Part shown: positions 26,401-39,900 of the stretch, piece by piece
How positions within the stretch are numbered: the first letter of the stretch is position 1
Layout: the number at the start of each line of letters is the position of its first letter
DNA from: Balanoglossus misakiensis
Lineage: Eukaryota > Animalia > Hemichordata
Length of the DNA stretch: 64,000 nt
Direction: 5' to 3'
Assembly: GCA_040954595.2 (NCBI GenBank)
Contig: CM082576.2
Span: 15,547,028 to 15,611,027, forward strand
The notes under the pieces: generated by a model
What the model saw: only the letters and a program-made list of their open reading frames with translations
Told to the model about the DNA's origin: nothing
The model's database searches: none
Made by a program: the position numbers and the translations under genes

Positions 26401-29400
26401 CTGTGGGTTATGGGACTCCGCGTCCTCATTTGAATAATTATTGGACGGTGATACCGCGAATTATTGTATTACGGAACTCCATAGGTTACAGCAGTAGGTG
26501 TATAATAATGTTTATAATGTAGTATGCGCCTTGAAAGTTAAAGTCGAAAAAGTTTACTCATATTTTGCTTAATGCATCTTTAGATTATTCTCTCTTAAAA
26601 TTTAGACTAAAAGTTGGGTCACAGTGTAAAATTTTGAATGAGAGGGTCAAATCTATCTGAAGTAAAGAAGACAATAAAAACTACTCGCATCGATGAAAAT
26701 TAAAGAACATGAATTTAGAGGAACCGACTATGTCGCCTCGTACCAGCTCCCCTCGCATTAACTGTAGCATGGACTGCCAACGTCAAATAGAGCTTATGTA
26801 AAAGAGCACACGAAAGGTTCAGTTCTGTAGAACAGTTGACACCTTTCTTCTTTTTTAAGGGCACACTCCTTGATGAACGGTGTACGGCCATGCATTAGCA
26901 GGGGATTTGGGTGAGACACGTGATCGAAGGCAGCCACATTTTGCGACAACACGTGACATTATTGCATGTCGGTACTTACCCATTGCATTGAAATAACACG
27001 TCTGAAGCTCATAAGGGGAACAATACGACACGTTCCCTGTATTAGCAAGAATAAAAACAATGATCAGGATAGACGAGAAGGTGAGATAACAGCTTCCTTC
27101 TCAATGTAAAAATTAATGAAACCTGGATGGTAACATAATCAAGATCTTATACAAGTCATAAAGTAAATTCGACCTTTCGTCAGATAAATTAAATGCGGGA
27201 ATATGTTATTTGTCTGTTGCGTTATGTTTACCTGGCATGTAATAATATCTGCAGCCGCACCGCTCCACGACGTAGTCAGTCTCGCATTCCATCCAACACT
27301 TCGATAATGAGTATGTACCCTCAAAGTATCTCAAGTGGTGTTCCACATCTTCCACGCAATTGCCGTGCGGTGGACCAAGATTTGAAATCTATTGGGCAAA
27401 AGGACAACGTGAGCTTAGAAAGTTCGATGTACTCAGGACATAGTATACTTCTACGGCAAGGTGTGTTGCGATGCGATCCAAAATGGCCACTATAGGCGGC
27501 CATTTTGTTGGGATATTTTCATGTCCGACACCATTGCCACGATACAATATGATATGATTTTGCGCGGTCATTATTGCCAGGCAGTAATATTGTTTTCATG
27601 TCCAGAAGCACTACTTCTTCATGAACAGATATCGTTGTTGCAAGGCATGTATGTCATTTCGTGCCATACGGATGTGATCCAATATGGCCACCTAGCAACC
27701 CCTTCGTTGCGATCTGGGAACTACCCTCACACGTGTCATATGTCAAAGGTCGCTTCATTTATAATTACTGACCAGAATCGACTTCAATCCAATGGTTGAC
27801 GCTGCTCCTGGTGGCACAGTGAGGCCGTGATTTGCAACATCTGGTATTTCGTCCTGCCCATGAGCCATCAGCCGGAACCCGACATTAGTACGAGGCGCCA
27901 TGTACTCCATCTCGTTGGCATATAAGAGCAGTTTGAGTCCATACCTTTGGCCTGGAAACAATAACACCGCTTAGCAGTATCACAGCAATTTGAATTGAGT
28001 ACACAACTGTGGAGGAATGCCGAGGTTATTATTTTAGGCTTGATATGAAAAATGAAATCCTAATCCAGGTTTGTTGAATAGAAAAACTTTATCTAACTTA
28101 CCAGCATTTCGCACTTTATTCACGTATCCTTGTTTTACCGAGTTGAAGGTGTAACATATACCATAGTTTGTGACAACTTTTGTGAAATTTTCAGGTCCAC
28201 ATGGCAAGCCTCCAAAGGAACAGCTTGGTTTAAAGAGAATGAATGAGTATACGAATGAACGAATGAATGAATGCATGAATGAATAAATGAATGAATGAAT
28301 GAATGAATGAATGAATGAATGAATGAATGAATGAATGAATGAATGAATGAAATATTGAATGAATGAATAATGAATGAATGAATGAATGAATGAATGAATG
28401 AATGAATGAATGAATGAATGAATGAATGAATGAATGAATGAATTATGTATCTATGTCTCCGAATGGCATTGTGATGCGCATTTTTTTCGCGTGCCCACCC
28501 CCCTCTTGAAAATCTGCCCACGGTCAAAGGTTAGAACTTGTCTTGTTTGAAACTGTAGCCAAATTTCCATAGGTAACCGTATACATTTTATCGCTTTTTA
28601 TACCCGCAAACACATTGATATAAGCACAAGTTGCGATGGGGTTGTGGTGTGGATTACCAAAGGAATACATGGTTTTGCAAACGATACACACGTTCCTTCA
28701 TTTGAAGTCGCCATGTTTACTTGTACGCCTTTTTCCTAAAGAGGGCGCCCTTCCAGAACTGTATAAATTACCTCCTCACAATATCGTCAACATGATGAGC
28801 CGATGCCTCCATATAAGTGAGTAAAGTTTGGCCGTCTCCGTATTCACTATCTTCCGGAATTTGGAAGTCCTCTGAATCGAACACTGTCTGCCCGTCCGAT
28901 GGGAATAAAGCGTATATGTAGGGGAAGAAAAATTGTAACGAGGACACTCCACCGGTAAGCTTCTTTACATTGTTTATCCTGTTGAAGACAAGAGGTCAAC
29001 GTCACGGTGATTTCTGATACGGATATGCCGGTTATCAATCTTCTGTAATCTCGCAGTATACGGGCATGTCGGGTACTACTTGACTGGGAAAACTAGTTTC
29101 AAAAGTTGACTGATTCTATAAATTTTAACGAGAGTTTTTTTTATTTTTAACTTTCTTGTCACGTCCCCCAAAATCCCTGTCGCGAGGCAAATTCACATGT
29201 ATGTTAGCATTAATTGTAAATGCTCTAGTGTTCGAAGTCAATCTTAATTAATGGCAATGTTGGTTAATTGACTTGCCTGAACATATTGTTATTACATATT
29301 GTCACTGCTGGAAAATCCGGTTTCTCGTCGAGTTCCTTGTACTCGATGTTTACGTTGATTGGTCGGTCTGTGAATGACGTCACCAGTCGAACGATTTGGT

Positions 29401-31832
29401 AGGCGAGACCACCCAGCGCAAACAGTACGATTAATACCCACAGAAATCTGCAAATAAAGTACATGTAGTAATCATCATTGTCTAGAGGATATCACAGGGA
29501 TCGATGTGTCACTAGAAGTTGGTATATTTAAACAATGCAAATTTGCTACACATTTCCAATATTAAAGGGACAAAGTCTCTCTCTCGCTGCCCCTTTTCCA
29601 TTAATTACGTTTGATACAAGACACTGTATCTGATACAAGACACTGGATATATAGTGAATCGACGTTCGACCACACACAACTTCCATCCCGTTTGTAGGAT
29701 ATGAGAGTAAATATATGGCAAAATTAATAAACGGTAAACACCGATTATTCATTTTGGCGAGTTTTTCACTCTCATGTCTACAAGTTGGATGGAAGGTGTG
29801 TATGGTTAAACGTTGATTCACTATATATATCCACACGTAACATAACATAAATGGTGTCTTGTATCAAACATAATTAATAGGAAAATGGCAGCGAGAGAGA
29901 GACGTTGTCCCTTTAATACATTCAATTTGTGTTAATTGTCAGCTGACTGGGTTGATGTTTGCTTGTGTTTAAGGATTAATAATAACGGGAAACCGGGAAA
30001 GTAACATGTTTTGACTTTTTTCTATAGAGATACAAATAGTGTATACACATATTTAATCCGACTCCGATTTTGCGCCGGACAATTTAGTGGCACATTGATC
30101 CCTGTTATTTTACGAACGTCCTATCTGACATTGATGTGTAGCAGTAGCGATTAATAATTATGACAGTCAATTTTTCTAATACACAAAAAGGCTTTCATCA
30201 CTGCATTGCTTAACACATTTGTTGGGTCTTCATGTTCCTTTCATGTGTTCAATTTCATTTCCATGCCAAAGAAGGACAAACAACGCATTTCATTTTCAAG
30301 GTACGGATTATTAATATCACGGGATATTTTCTTTAAAATTTTAATCAATTTTAATAAACGAGCCTGGAGGCAAGCGTAATTAGGCAAAAGTAATAAAAAA
30401 CTGCCTTTAGAATACGTGTACACAAAATACAGGCAAGGTGTAATTATTAGTCATTTCAAGGTAATTTCAACCAGCCTCCGGCTCCGACGTGACTTGCGCG
30501 AAATAATTGTTAGACTAAACACATGAAATCCCCGGGGCATATATTTCTGTTCAAAAAGATCTGTATAGGCTGATCTTTTAAATTACATCAATAAACGTTA
30601 AACACCATTCACCAAACACACAAGGTTGACAGGTAGAATTGTATGCGCGACTGACGTTAGCATCTGGACAATCGGGCTTTTCACGCGAAATCTTAGGTCT
30701 ATTAGCTGCCTGAGAATGCCTCTATTATTACCCATGCGCGCCCATCGCGGTTCAACAAACCATTGTGACACCCAGTGCCAACTTAACACCGCCTTAGTCT
30801 GTTAAAATCCCACTGGTAAAGTAATTTCACGTGTGCACCAACCTAGTAAATGTCTTAATTTGCATGAGTGGTAATGCCTTCTTTCACGTCGTCCCGAGAA
30901 AGTATATTACACGCACTTGTCTTTGAATAGGGAATATTCAGACCACGTCATTTGTGTATGAATACTCCTGTCTACTCAAAGGGGGAACGTCACAACGTGG
31001 TCTATTGGCATAGTTCTTCAAAACGTCTACGGGGCACTACAGAGAGGTGCAGAGATTGGCCCGTATATTTTGCGGTCACATTGTTGAATGGGTAGCGATC
31101 GGATTTCAGAAGTGTACAGAATGTATGTATCCTTCTCCAACTCTGCCGATCCGCTGCCATTTGAAACAAGCTCTCGCCAGCCCGCTCTCGGCGTAAGCTT
31201 AAAGCCCCAACAGCTGCCAAATGTTGAATTGCTTTCTTGGTTTTACTTTCAAACTAAAAGTGGACCATTTTAAGGAGCTTGCGAACTATCAACCTCTGAT
31301 TGTGGCTGTACATTTACATATGAACGAGTTACATGTTGAACCATTGATATATGATTAAGTCGTACCAATTTATGCAAATGGCCAATCCAAGAGTACCCGG
31401 TACACAACTATCCTGGTATATGCGCGTGTGGGTGTTTTATATACAGAATATAAGTGATAGTGACATTTGTCGACTAAGGATAAGGAGGAGATTAAAGTAT
31501 TTTATTGTTTTAAAAACACGCAAAGAGTGGCAGCTATTGGGTCTTTAATAACTCCCAGAAGAAGACTGCACAGAACGAACGGGCGACACTTACCTCCTTG
31601 CCGGCGAAGAAGCTCTGTTGCCAATCAACTTAACACCCGACAGGCCGGCTTCTTGGGTGAACGAGTAAAAGACCCCACCTGATGCGCTGGTCTCCTCGGC
31701 TGCTTGGTCTCCATTTCGTTCTCCGGCCGTTTGCTTATTCTCCGTGCTCCTATTTCTGTCGGAAATTATATCGGTTTCATATCCGAAATTTGTCATGGGC
31801 GCCACTGATGAGTGTCCTGTTAGCCGACTCAT
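23427..31832 (-). CDS. DEG/ENaC family (ASIC-like) amiloride-sensitive sodium channel, 11 exons, ~682 aa
   Basis: Exons 31832-31594, 29447-29277, 28978-28772, 28223-28102, 27951-27773, 27388-27232, 27036-26980, 25804-25636, 25223-24690, 24208-24117, 23548-23427 join in frame (2049 nt). TM1 [32 protein letters not shown], Cys-rich thumb ([13 protein letters not shown]), TM2 [24 protein letters not shown]. Confidence 0.93.
25427..25495. repeat. (GTT/GGT)n microsatellite
   Basis: Read directly. Confidence 0.9.
25864..26006. repeat. ~140-bp hairpin/palindrome in a DEG/ENaC intron, probably the end of a non-autonomous DNA element extending to ~26510
   Basis: taaggttattcacaaaataccgggatttatgtcc... 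pairs with ...ggacataaatcccggtattttgtgaataacctta; there is an additional inverted pair attatacacct (~26007) / aggtgtataat (~26496). Confidence 0.7.
28238..28443. repeat. (GAAT)n microsatellite abutting the exon 4 acceptor of the DEG/ENaC gene
   Basis: Read directly; on the transcribed strand it reads (TTCA)n and merges with the polypyrimidine tract. Confidence 0.95.
29566..29912. mobile_element. MITE with ~55-bp TIRs and TTAA flanks (Kolobok-like), copy A
   Basis: ttaa|agggacaaagtctctctctcgctgccccttttccattaatta...taattaataggaaaatggcagcgagagagagacgttgtccct|ttaa. The superfamily is inferred from TTAA flanks and purine termini. Confidence 0.8.
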
Positions 31833-32486
31833 AGCTGCGGCTGTCGACCAGGCCGAGTGTAACTCGGCAAGTTCGCATAGACACTGTTTCAGGCCGTCAT
31901 CATCGACACGTGACCAGACTCCCCTTTGATTGCAAACGTCGTGACAACACCGGGCAAATCGTCAGCAGCTATACGTCACAACGGTGTACTTTTCACATGG
32001 GTCACTGTATAAATGACCTTCTCCCGCCAAAAGATTTAAGCACAAAGGATTACGGAATTCCTGTGGGGCTTTATATATACCCTTTTTGTTAAGACACAAT
32101 GCAAGGTGGAAATTGAGTGCTTCTTATAAACTTTACTGGGCTCGGACTTAGCCTCTTTTTAAAAACTACAGTACAGTACAGTAAACAGTATAAGCATAGA
32201 AAATGTTTATTGCTATCGAATGTCACCAGCCTATTTGCAAAGAATACAAAACAAAACAAAAATGAAATACTAAGTACAGATGAATCACAACACCACACAA
32301 CACCGCGAAGTTCTCAACACGTCGTGAGTCATTATCTGAGTTAAACTTCTTCCGAAAACTCAGGTTGTGGTGGTGTTTATTTGTTCAATTACTCCATCCG
32401 CATTCGGAGTATTGCCGTGTTGATCTTCGGTATATGAATTAAAGTTATGTAGCATTAAAGTTAAGAATTAAAGTTATTTTACGAGT

Positions 32487-32527
32487 GCATCTGATGAAGG
32501 GGACTACATGTTCCCGAAAGCTCATGC
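32487..32527 (+). ncRNA. Minimal type I hammerhead ribozyme (Penelope-like element remnant)
   Basis: GCAT-CTGATGA-A-GGGGAC tacat GTTCCC-GAAA-GC-TC-ATGC gives stem I, the conserved core, a 6-bp stem II and a minimal stem III. It is flanked by a 23-bp inverted repeat (32432-32454 / 32554-32576). Confidence 0.75.
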
Positions 32528-32545
32528 TGTAATTTCAACTGTTGA

Positions 32546-33630
32546 TCACAGAGTGCTACATAACTTTAATTCATATCCATCCGCATTGTCATCCAAAATG
32601 GAGTCAGTCTCTTCTTGTGATACAACGACGTTGTGAGGACTGTCGCTATCGGCGTCGTCATTGTCATTTCGGAAGGCGTCATTGCTGTTCCCTCTTGACG
32701 GGTCGCCGTCCTCGCTCCCGTACCTTCCGCGTTTACCTTCGACGTAACATTCGTTGACAGACCTGATTTGAGCCTTCAGTGCGTCCTCCTTGAGGCGTTC
32801 GGTCTCGGCGTCCCCCGAAGCTGTGCTAAAACCTTTCGGCAGAACGCCAACGGTGGCCGTCAGTACAGATGTGATGATGGGTCCTGTCGAACGATTTGAT
32901 GACCACATATATAAACACCAGAAAGAGCATCATGACGATAATCCTGAGGACAGCGAGCACGAAGTTGACGCTGACTACTGGGTGTATTTTTTTCACAGAT
33001 GTACCCGAACATATCAACCGATATGCAGTTCGCCCGCTGTCGGGTGGAGACGAAAGGGAACGTTCTTGTAGATGATGACGGGCGAGAGGGCGGGCTTCAA
33101 GGCGTCCGTCTTTTCAGCGTCATCTGTTTCATACGTCTCCGTCCGGAAATTCGCTGCCGACATCGAAGGTTAGGCTCTTTACGTGTTGATACAACGTCGT
33201 GAAGCTCTTGTATGGCCACGGTGACGATAGGACCGAGAAGGGTGATGTTCAGTTAGCCTGGTCACCATACCCAGTGTGTTTTAGATAGACTCACACACAA
33301 GGGTCTGGCCACACAGTCAACTATCTTCCATTTCTAAGATCTGCATGTCAATAGAACTCAAAATGCGATGTCAAGGCAACGATCGCGAGTTTTTGACTCT
33401 GGCGTCATTCAAGTCAATCACCTTACGTGATACACTACTGATTGGCCGTTACCATGCAACAGATGTTGCTAATTAATGCCAATTATTTTCAAATGATTAG
33501 CAACGCCCGGGTCAGGCTAATGTCCAGTGTGCTACCCATAAGCGTGTACGCGCACACGTCGACGACTACCTACAATGCAGCTTGAAGGATGAAAGGAGAC
33601 ACATGAACACATCGTAGCTGCAGGCAAGAA
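32546..33630 (-). pseudogene. Frameshifted remnant of an uncharacterised multi-pass membrane protein gene (C-terminal part), copy 1
   Basis: Frames must be switched repeatedly to read ...SFTTLYQHVKSLTFDVGSEF / YKNVPF / FGYICEK / IHPVVSVNFVLAVLRIIVMMLFLVFIYVVIKSF / ITSVLTATVGVLPKGF...; 33055-33630 aligns with 46125-46465; interrupted by an insertion at 33254-33519. Confidence 0.65.
33254..33519. mobile_element. 266-bp non-autonomous DNA transposon, TAGCCTG...CAGGCTA termini, 9-bp TSD (AcademH-like)
   Basis: TSD atgttcagt (33245-33253) / atgtccagt (33520-33528). The paralogous locus at ~46344 has a single atgtccagt (empty site). Confidence 0.8.
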
Positions 33631-33991
33631 ACTGTCAACAAATAATTGAAAAGAGAGAGAGAGAAGTTTGATAAATAGTTTTCTAATATCGTCATATCAT
33701 AATATTAAATGTTAGAGATTTTTCTATGGTATTTCCCCAGGCCCCCTTTTCTGGAGTGCTCAACGGAAGAAGCAGAGGGGTCTAGGTACCGATACTAGCC
33801 CCTGTGCAGTGTGCAGGTCTCGCTGCACTTATCATGATCTGCCATGGCTATTGTTCCATGATGGCGCTATATAGGTCACTCCTGGGGTCGCCGTTCATTC
33901 TATCACCTCATCTCCACGCCATTCTGACGTCACGGTGATCGAGTTTAATATTCGTGATCAGCACTGGAGTGTTATAGGTGGACGTTTCCGA

Positions 33992-36900
33992 ATGGCACAT
34001 TCACCAAGATTTGCTTTGGCCGTCAGACGGTGGTCAGCAGTGGCGTCGTTCTCTCAAACCTGCAGAAACGCGGGTACGACAGTCGAGGCCAATGCGAATG
34101 GCGGCGTCAAGCCGTTTGAGGACATCCCCCGCCCAAGGAACAAACTCCTCTCGTACATCGATATCTTCCGCAAGGGTGGGCTGTCACGACTGGACGAGTA
34201 CTTCAAGTGGCGCCGCGAGACCTTTGGTCCAATCTGGAGGGAAAATTTCGGGTTGGTCAATTGTGTTGTCGTTGCAGATCCCGTCGCCGCAAAAGCCGTC
34301 ACTCGTGCTGAAGGCAAATATCCGCGTCGTGTTCCTGTGGAACCGTGGCTACTCTATCGGAAAATGGGAGGGTATTCGCTTGGCGTAATTCTGACGTAAG
34401 TTAATGGGAGCTCGTTCTGGTCAAAGTTATGTTTTATCAAAGGGACAAAGTCTCTCTCCTGCTGCCCCTTTTCCATTAATTATGTTTGATACAAGACACC
34501 AGATATGTGGTTCTAAATGTGGATATATAGTGAATCTACGTTCGACCACACACAACTTCCATCCTGTTTGTAGGATATGCGAGTAAAAACTCGCCCAAAA
34601 TGAATAAATGGTAGAAACAGATTATTCATTTTTGCGAGTGTTTTCACTCTCGTGTCTACAAGTGGGAATGGAAGGTGTGTGTGGTTGAACATTGATTCAC
34701 TACCTATACACGTGTAGAATAACATAAACGGTGTCTTGTATCCAACATAATTAATGGGAAAATGGCAGCGAGAGAGACAGTTTGGTCCTTTAATTTTGCT
34801 GACATCTCGTATTAAGTAGCTGTGTGTAACCGCCAGTAGACTGGGGTTTGTGCGTGTTTCGCACCAGCTCTGACCAAAATGCAGCTGGGCGCCCGTCCTA
34901 CTGAGGCAAATTGAGCAACCTCCCTGTCTCTGCACGTTTGCTGTGTCTACATTCTAGGTTGACCTTTGGTCTCTACATAGCACAGAATCTCTATAGGGAC
35001 TTTGAAATAATTTATTGTGACGACTCCTTTAACCCTTTCACCCCCAGTACCCTCTATGTAGGTCCTGCCTCACCATAGAAAACAATGTCTATGGACTCAT
35101 GACTGAACCTTTGTGGTGAAAGGGTTAAAGACGCACCTTCCTTATAGCTTTATCTTAAAGTAAATGGGTTTATACCACACTTTGCCTCATACCCATTCTT
35201 CAAACCATGCGGATTGAAAATTCCACTTATTTAAACTTTTGCACAATGAAATTGATTGAGTTATTGAGTCAGTCCGTTTGATATGATAGTAATTGTATAA
35301 ATTGTTGCCAGTCTCAGTTACTAGGAAACTGGTATTGTATAAAGTCTAACAAATAATGTGCTGAGAACTAGGAAGAAATTGGGTTATGTATTGTTCGGTT
35401 TTGTTAAGAGTGATACATTGTTATCAGTAGTAGGAAAAATAGCATCAAGGACACTTAGGTCCACGTGTACACCAGAATTTGTCCAGCTAATTTGCATACT
35501 TTTGGTAATGACAACTTCATTTGAACAAACTCCCATCTACAGCCCAGCCTGCATCAGCACACCAAATATCAAGGTGATATGCTAAGTGGTTTACAAGTTT
35601 TTGATGTGGACGGACATACATCCATACATCCATCCATACATACATACTTACATCGATATCCATACATAGACATGTAACTGATTCCTTAAGGTCCCATGGT
35701 ATATGCATACAAAATAGGACCTAAACGGGCACAGTGTTTCTTTTTTTTAAAACTGTGGTCAGTGTATTACTTACGTGCAGCTCAAACCGTTTTCATTGTA
35801 AAACAGTGAGGGGGAAGACTGGCAACGCCATCGCAGTCTTCTAAACATACCGTTACTCCGCCGCAAAGAAGTTGCTGCTCAGACGAGTACATTGAATGAT
35901 GTCGCCGATGATTTCGTAGCGAAGATCCGCCGTGTGCATTTAAGTCCAGTTGAAGCCACCACCGACATGGATGATGACTTACGCCGCTGGTCTATGGAAG
36001 GTACAGAAAATCTGTAGAACATGTTCACGTTAAAAATAAAATCAGAATTGGCACATTTGTCATCAATGGTATGAAGTGATTTTTTATCAGAAATAACCGT
36101 CTATAATGTCAGATGATGAACATTTCCGTATGATTTATGTGTGATGCTATATATTGAAGATATGAGGCCCATTGCCGTTCGTAGTGGGTATACATAGCCC
36201 ACCTGTAAATTTATGCACAGGGCTAAGCACACATATATTATGTTGGCCTTTATATACATGTTAATGTCAATTTATGCACATGTTAATGGACTGTAACAAA
36301 GTGGCCACTATATTAGGGTTGGTCTATAGAAATGGCCACTAACACAGGTTTGACTGTATCACGTTTTATCTTTATAAGAGCACAGTGAGTGTTTTAGCCG
36401 TGCAATTCTCCCTACCTTAAATAGGGGTTTGCTACCTAGGTGAGTGATAAAAATCTCACACGGTCGACACAGCTTCAAGATGGCCCATTTTTGCCATGTT
36501 TAAGAAATGGGCATTCATAAGCTAAAGTGACATTCGGCCATTCTGATACTTTGTAACAGAAAAAAATAAAACAGTGTCAACTACAAAGGTAGAAATGTTT
36601 GACCAAAGTAAGATACAGTAAACATATCATTTCTTCTATCTCTTACTACAGTGAGTTGTCGACTTTTTACCCAGAATGCAATTATTATAATGTGATTTGA
36701 CCCCCTAGCACAAAGTGCAAACCGATTTAAGGCAACCAGATTTGATTTTTTATTTTCCTTCGAAACAGGAATGGCAGCAACTCTCTTTGAAAAAAGACTT
36801 GGATTGCTAGAGGACGCAGTGAATCCACAATCTGACGAATTTATCAAAGCATCCAAAGACTTGTTCGAATACACTTCAGCTCTAGTCTTCTTACCTTTGA

Positions 36901-39900
36901 AAATACAAGTGAAGTTGAACCTGCCAGCATGGAAAGGTCTGAGACGTGCCGCAAAAACGCTTTTCGACATAAGTAAGATTGTTTGTTTATGCATTGCATG
37001 CGTTTTTTCTTTCTTTCAGAGATAGGGATAACAGACTCGATGTGACTGATAGGCCCAATGTATGGCGCAAAGCTACAAAATTGCAAGAACCACAATGGCG
37101 TTAAACTAGCCATTGTTTTCGTAGACGGGTAACAAAAACTACGTTTTGAAAGTGTTTTGATTTTGTGATCATTGTGCCACCAATGCTAATAGTATCATTA
37201 TTATTACAAATTTAAAATACATTTGTTACATATTTCTAGCCACACAACCCTTAAATTGGAAGATGGCCATGGGATATTTTGGTGCAATTAAAGTTCAGTA
37301 ATGCTACATGATTATTATCAAGTTATCTAAAAAAAATACTATTAGTCCATGGGCCAGACAGGAATTTGGTATCAGAAAGATGGACAAAGCCTCACATGGT
37401 TTTTTGGAAAGGCCTATATCTCTAGATTATAAATTGGGGTGATAGCCCTGCCTATCGAGTAGCTTTCTGCATTTTTTCCCTCAAAAACTAATGTAAGAAC
37501 CTAAAAATTTCCGACCCAAATTTTGGGGGTAGGGGAACTTTAAATTGCTGTAACTCCAGCAGAACTAAAGCCAGAACAGTCATTTACCACTCAAATTGTG
37601 TGTTTTTTAGAACTCTACCAAAATAATATATTTTGGTGGTAATTCGTTTTGAATTGAGGTCAATAGAGGTCAAAAGGTCATGAAATTTGGGTCATTCTGA
37701 ACATTTGTAGTATGACTATTTCTTGAACGATTTTTTTGAACTTAAGTCTTCAAATGTCATTTACAAGATAAAATACTCTCCCAGAATCTATTTAAAACCA
37801 ATAGAAAACCTTATTATTCATTTATGACCAGAAAAACACAAATAAAGAGAAACGACAGAAAGACATCCAATTTTCCACTCAGATTTAAGGGTAGGGGAAA
37901 CTTAAGTTCTTGTAACTCCGGCAAAAATAAACCCAGAACAGTCATCTACCACTCAAATTGTGTGTTTTTAAGAACTCTACCAATATAATATATTTTGGTG
38001 GTAATTCGTTTTGAATTGAGGTCAATAGAGGTCAAAAGGTCATGAAATTTGGGTCATTCTGAACATTTGTAGTATGACTATTTCTTGAACGATTTTTTTG
38101 AACTTATAAGTCTTTAAATGTCATTTAGAAGATAAAATACTCTCCCAGAATCTATTTCAAACCAATAAAAAACCATATTATTCAATTACGATCAGAAAAA
38201 CACAAATACAGAGATACGGAAGAATGGCACAAGACTTCAGACCCTGTTATTGGGGTAGTAGTTGTAACTCCGGCAAAAATAAAGCCAGGAAAGTCATCTA
38301 CCTCTCAAATTGTGTGTTTTTTAGCACTCTAGCGATTGTATATGTATTTGTTGCAATTTTGTTTTGAATTTAGGTCAAAGAGGTCAAAAGATCACAAGAT
38401 TTGGGTAATTTCGAAAAATTATGGTACGAACATATCCCGCATTAATTTTTTAAACCCAAGTCTTCAAATGTCATTTATGAGATAAAATACTCTACACGAT
38501 TTTTTTTCAGACCAATTGAAGACCTTATTATTCAATTACAATCAGAAAAAAAATTAGTAGAGAAACGGGATAATAACAAACAATTTCCCACGGATTTTGG
38601 GGTAGGTTTGGCCATCTAACAGGTAAGTATTCACCCAACTGATCATGCACATATGGTGTTTAGGAGAACGGATGTGCAAATTTGTGAACCTTTGCATGCT
38701 GCTCATGTGCACTGTACTTGTATGATGATTCCTAACAATACTACGAGAAGGGGCCATTAAGGCATTGTAGCTCTGATTGTGTATTATTGTTGGATACCAT
38801 CCTACAGTGTACAGGCACAGCAGATGACAAGCCAAGCAAAGGTTCAAAAATCTGCTTATTTTTTCCCCTCGACACAATATGAGCATGATCTATTTATATT
38901 CAGGTCCAGTATAATAAATAAAAAATGGCAAACCCATCTTCTATTCCACACAAGAGGGCTCGACGGGATTGTTTTCTCGACTGTCATGAATCCGACCATA
39001 AAGCAAGCCTCGTCACTCTACAAGATCACGCCTCCTGGATAACTTTGCTGAATACAGCTAACATACAAAAATACAAACCAATTCAGGACCTCGCCATTGG
39101 TTTGGGCGAAGGTGAAATTCCTCAGGTGCAGTACCATCGGAAATGCCGAAGTCTCTTTACGATGAAGAAGGCTCTTGAATCTATCCTTTCTAAAGAGCAG
39201 TCGTCATCAACTGAGGGAACCAATACACTCGAACGTGAAAAGAGGTCGAGCATACAAGGGTCTCGGTGTATGATCACATTTGCCTATTTTGCTCCACCAC
39301 CAAGTACATGAAGGGAAGTAGGACAAGAGCTCCTTAATAGGGAGTATACAAGGCCTGATATTCAAGCAGGTTCAAGTCGTATGGAGGTTGATGAAAGTCA
39401 ACATGATCAAGATACTAGTTATGAGGATGTCCTGCAAATTGCTCAAGAAGAGTTATTTTCTTTTATCAGAAATGATTTGTTCACAAACCCTGAGGTAGTT
39501 CCCCTGACTGATCTATCAAACAAGTTAGTTACCAAAATGCTCCAACTTGGTGTTAAACAGGTTAACAATTCCACCAACAAAACTTGCAGCATACGCTAAA
39601 TACGGAATTCAAAGGGACAATGATGTAAATGGTAGGGTGCTTGTATATCCGTCTCACTAGATATAGGTACTGTTGACCTGAAGTACAATGCTGTAAGAAA
39701 AGAACTTCTTGCAGCAGAAAAACAATCACATGAAAGTATCATCACCACATCTGCTCTAATCCTGCTTACGCTGGTGAATATCAGGCCTTGTATAGTCCCT
39801 ATAACACTTTCTATGATAGTGACCCTCAGCAGCAACCAACTCACGACTGAGAAGTGCACGAATTTTACTGTCATTTTTTCTTGTTGCTGCCTCCCTTAAT

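Noticed and set aside
31805-31835. Other CTGATGA/CTGANGA matches (e.g. 31805, 7942, 18348)
   Set aside because: There is no downstream stem II plus GAAA or stem I pairing, so these are not hammerheads.
37510-38550. Regularly spaced repeats that might suggest a CRISPR-like array
   Set aside because: They are ~360-bp degenerate tandem units without unique spacers, mirrored in the other arm, i.e. subterminal repeats of the transposon.
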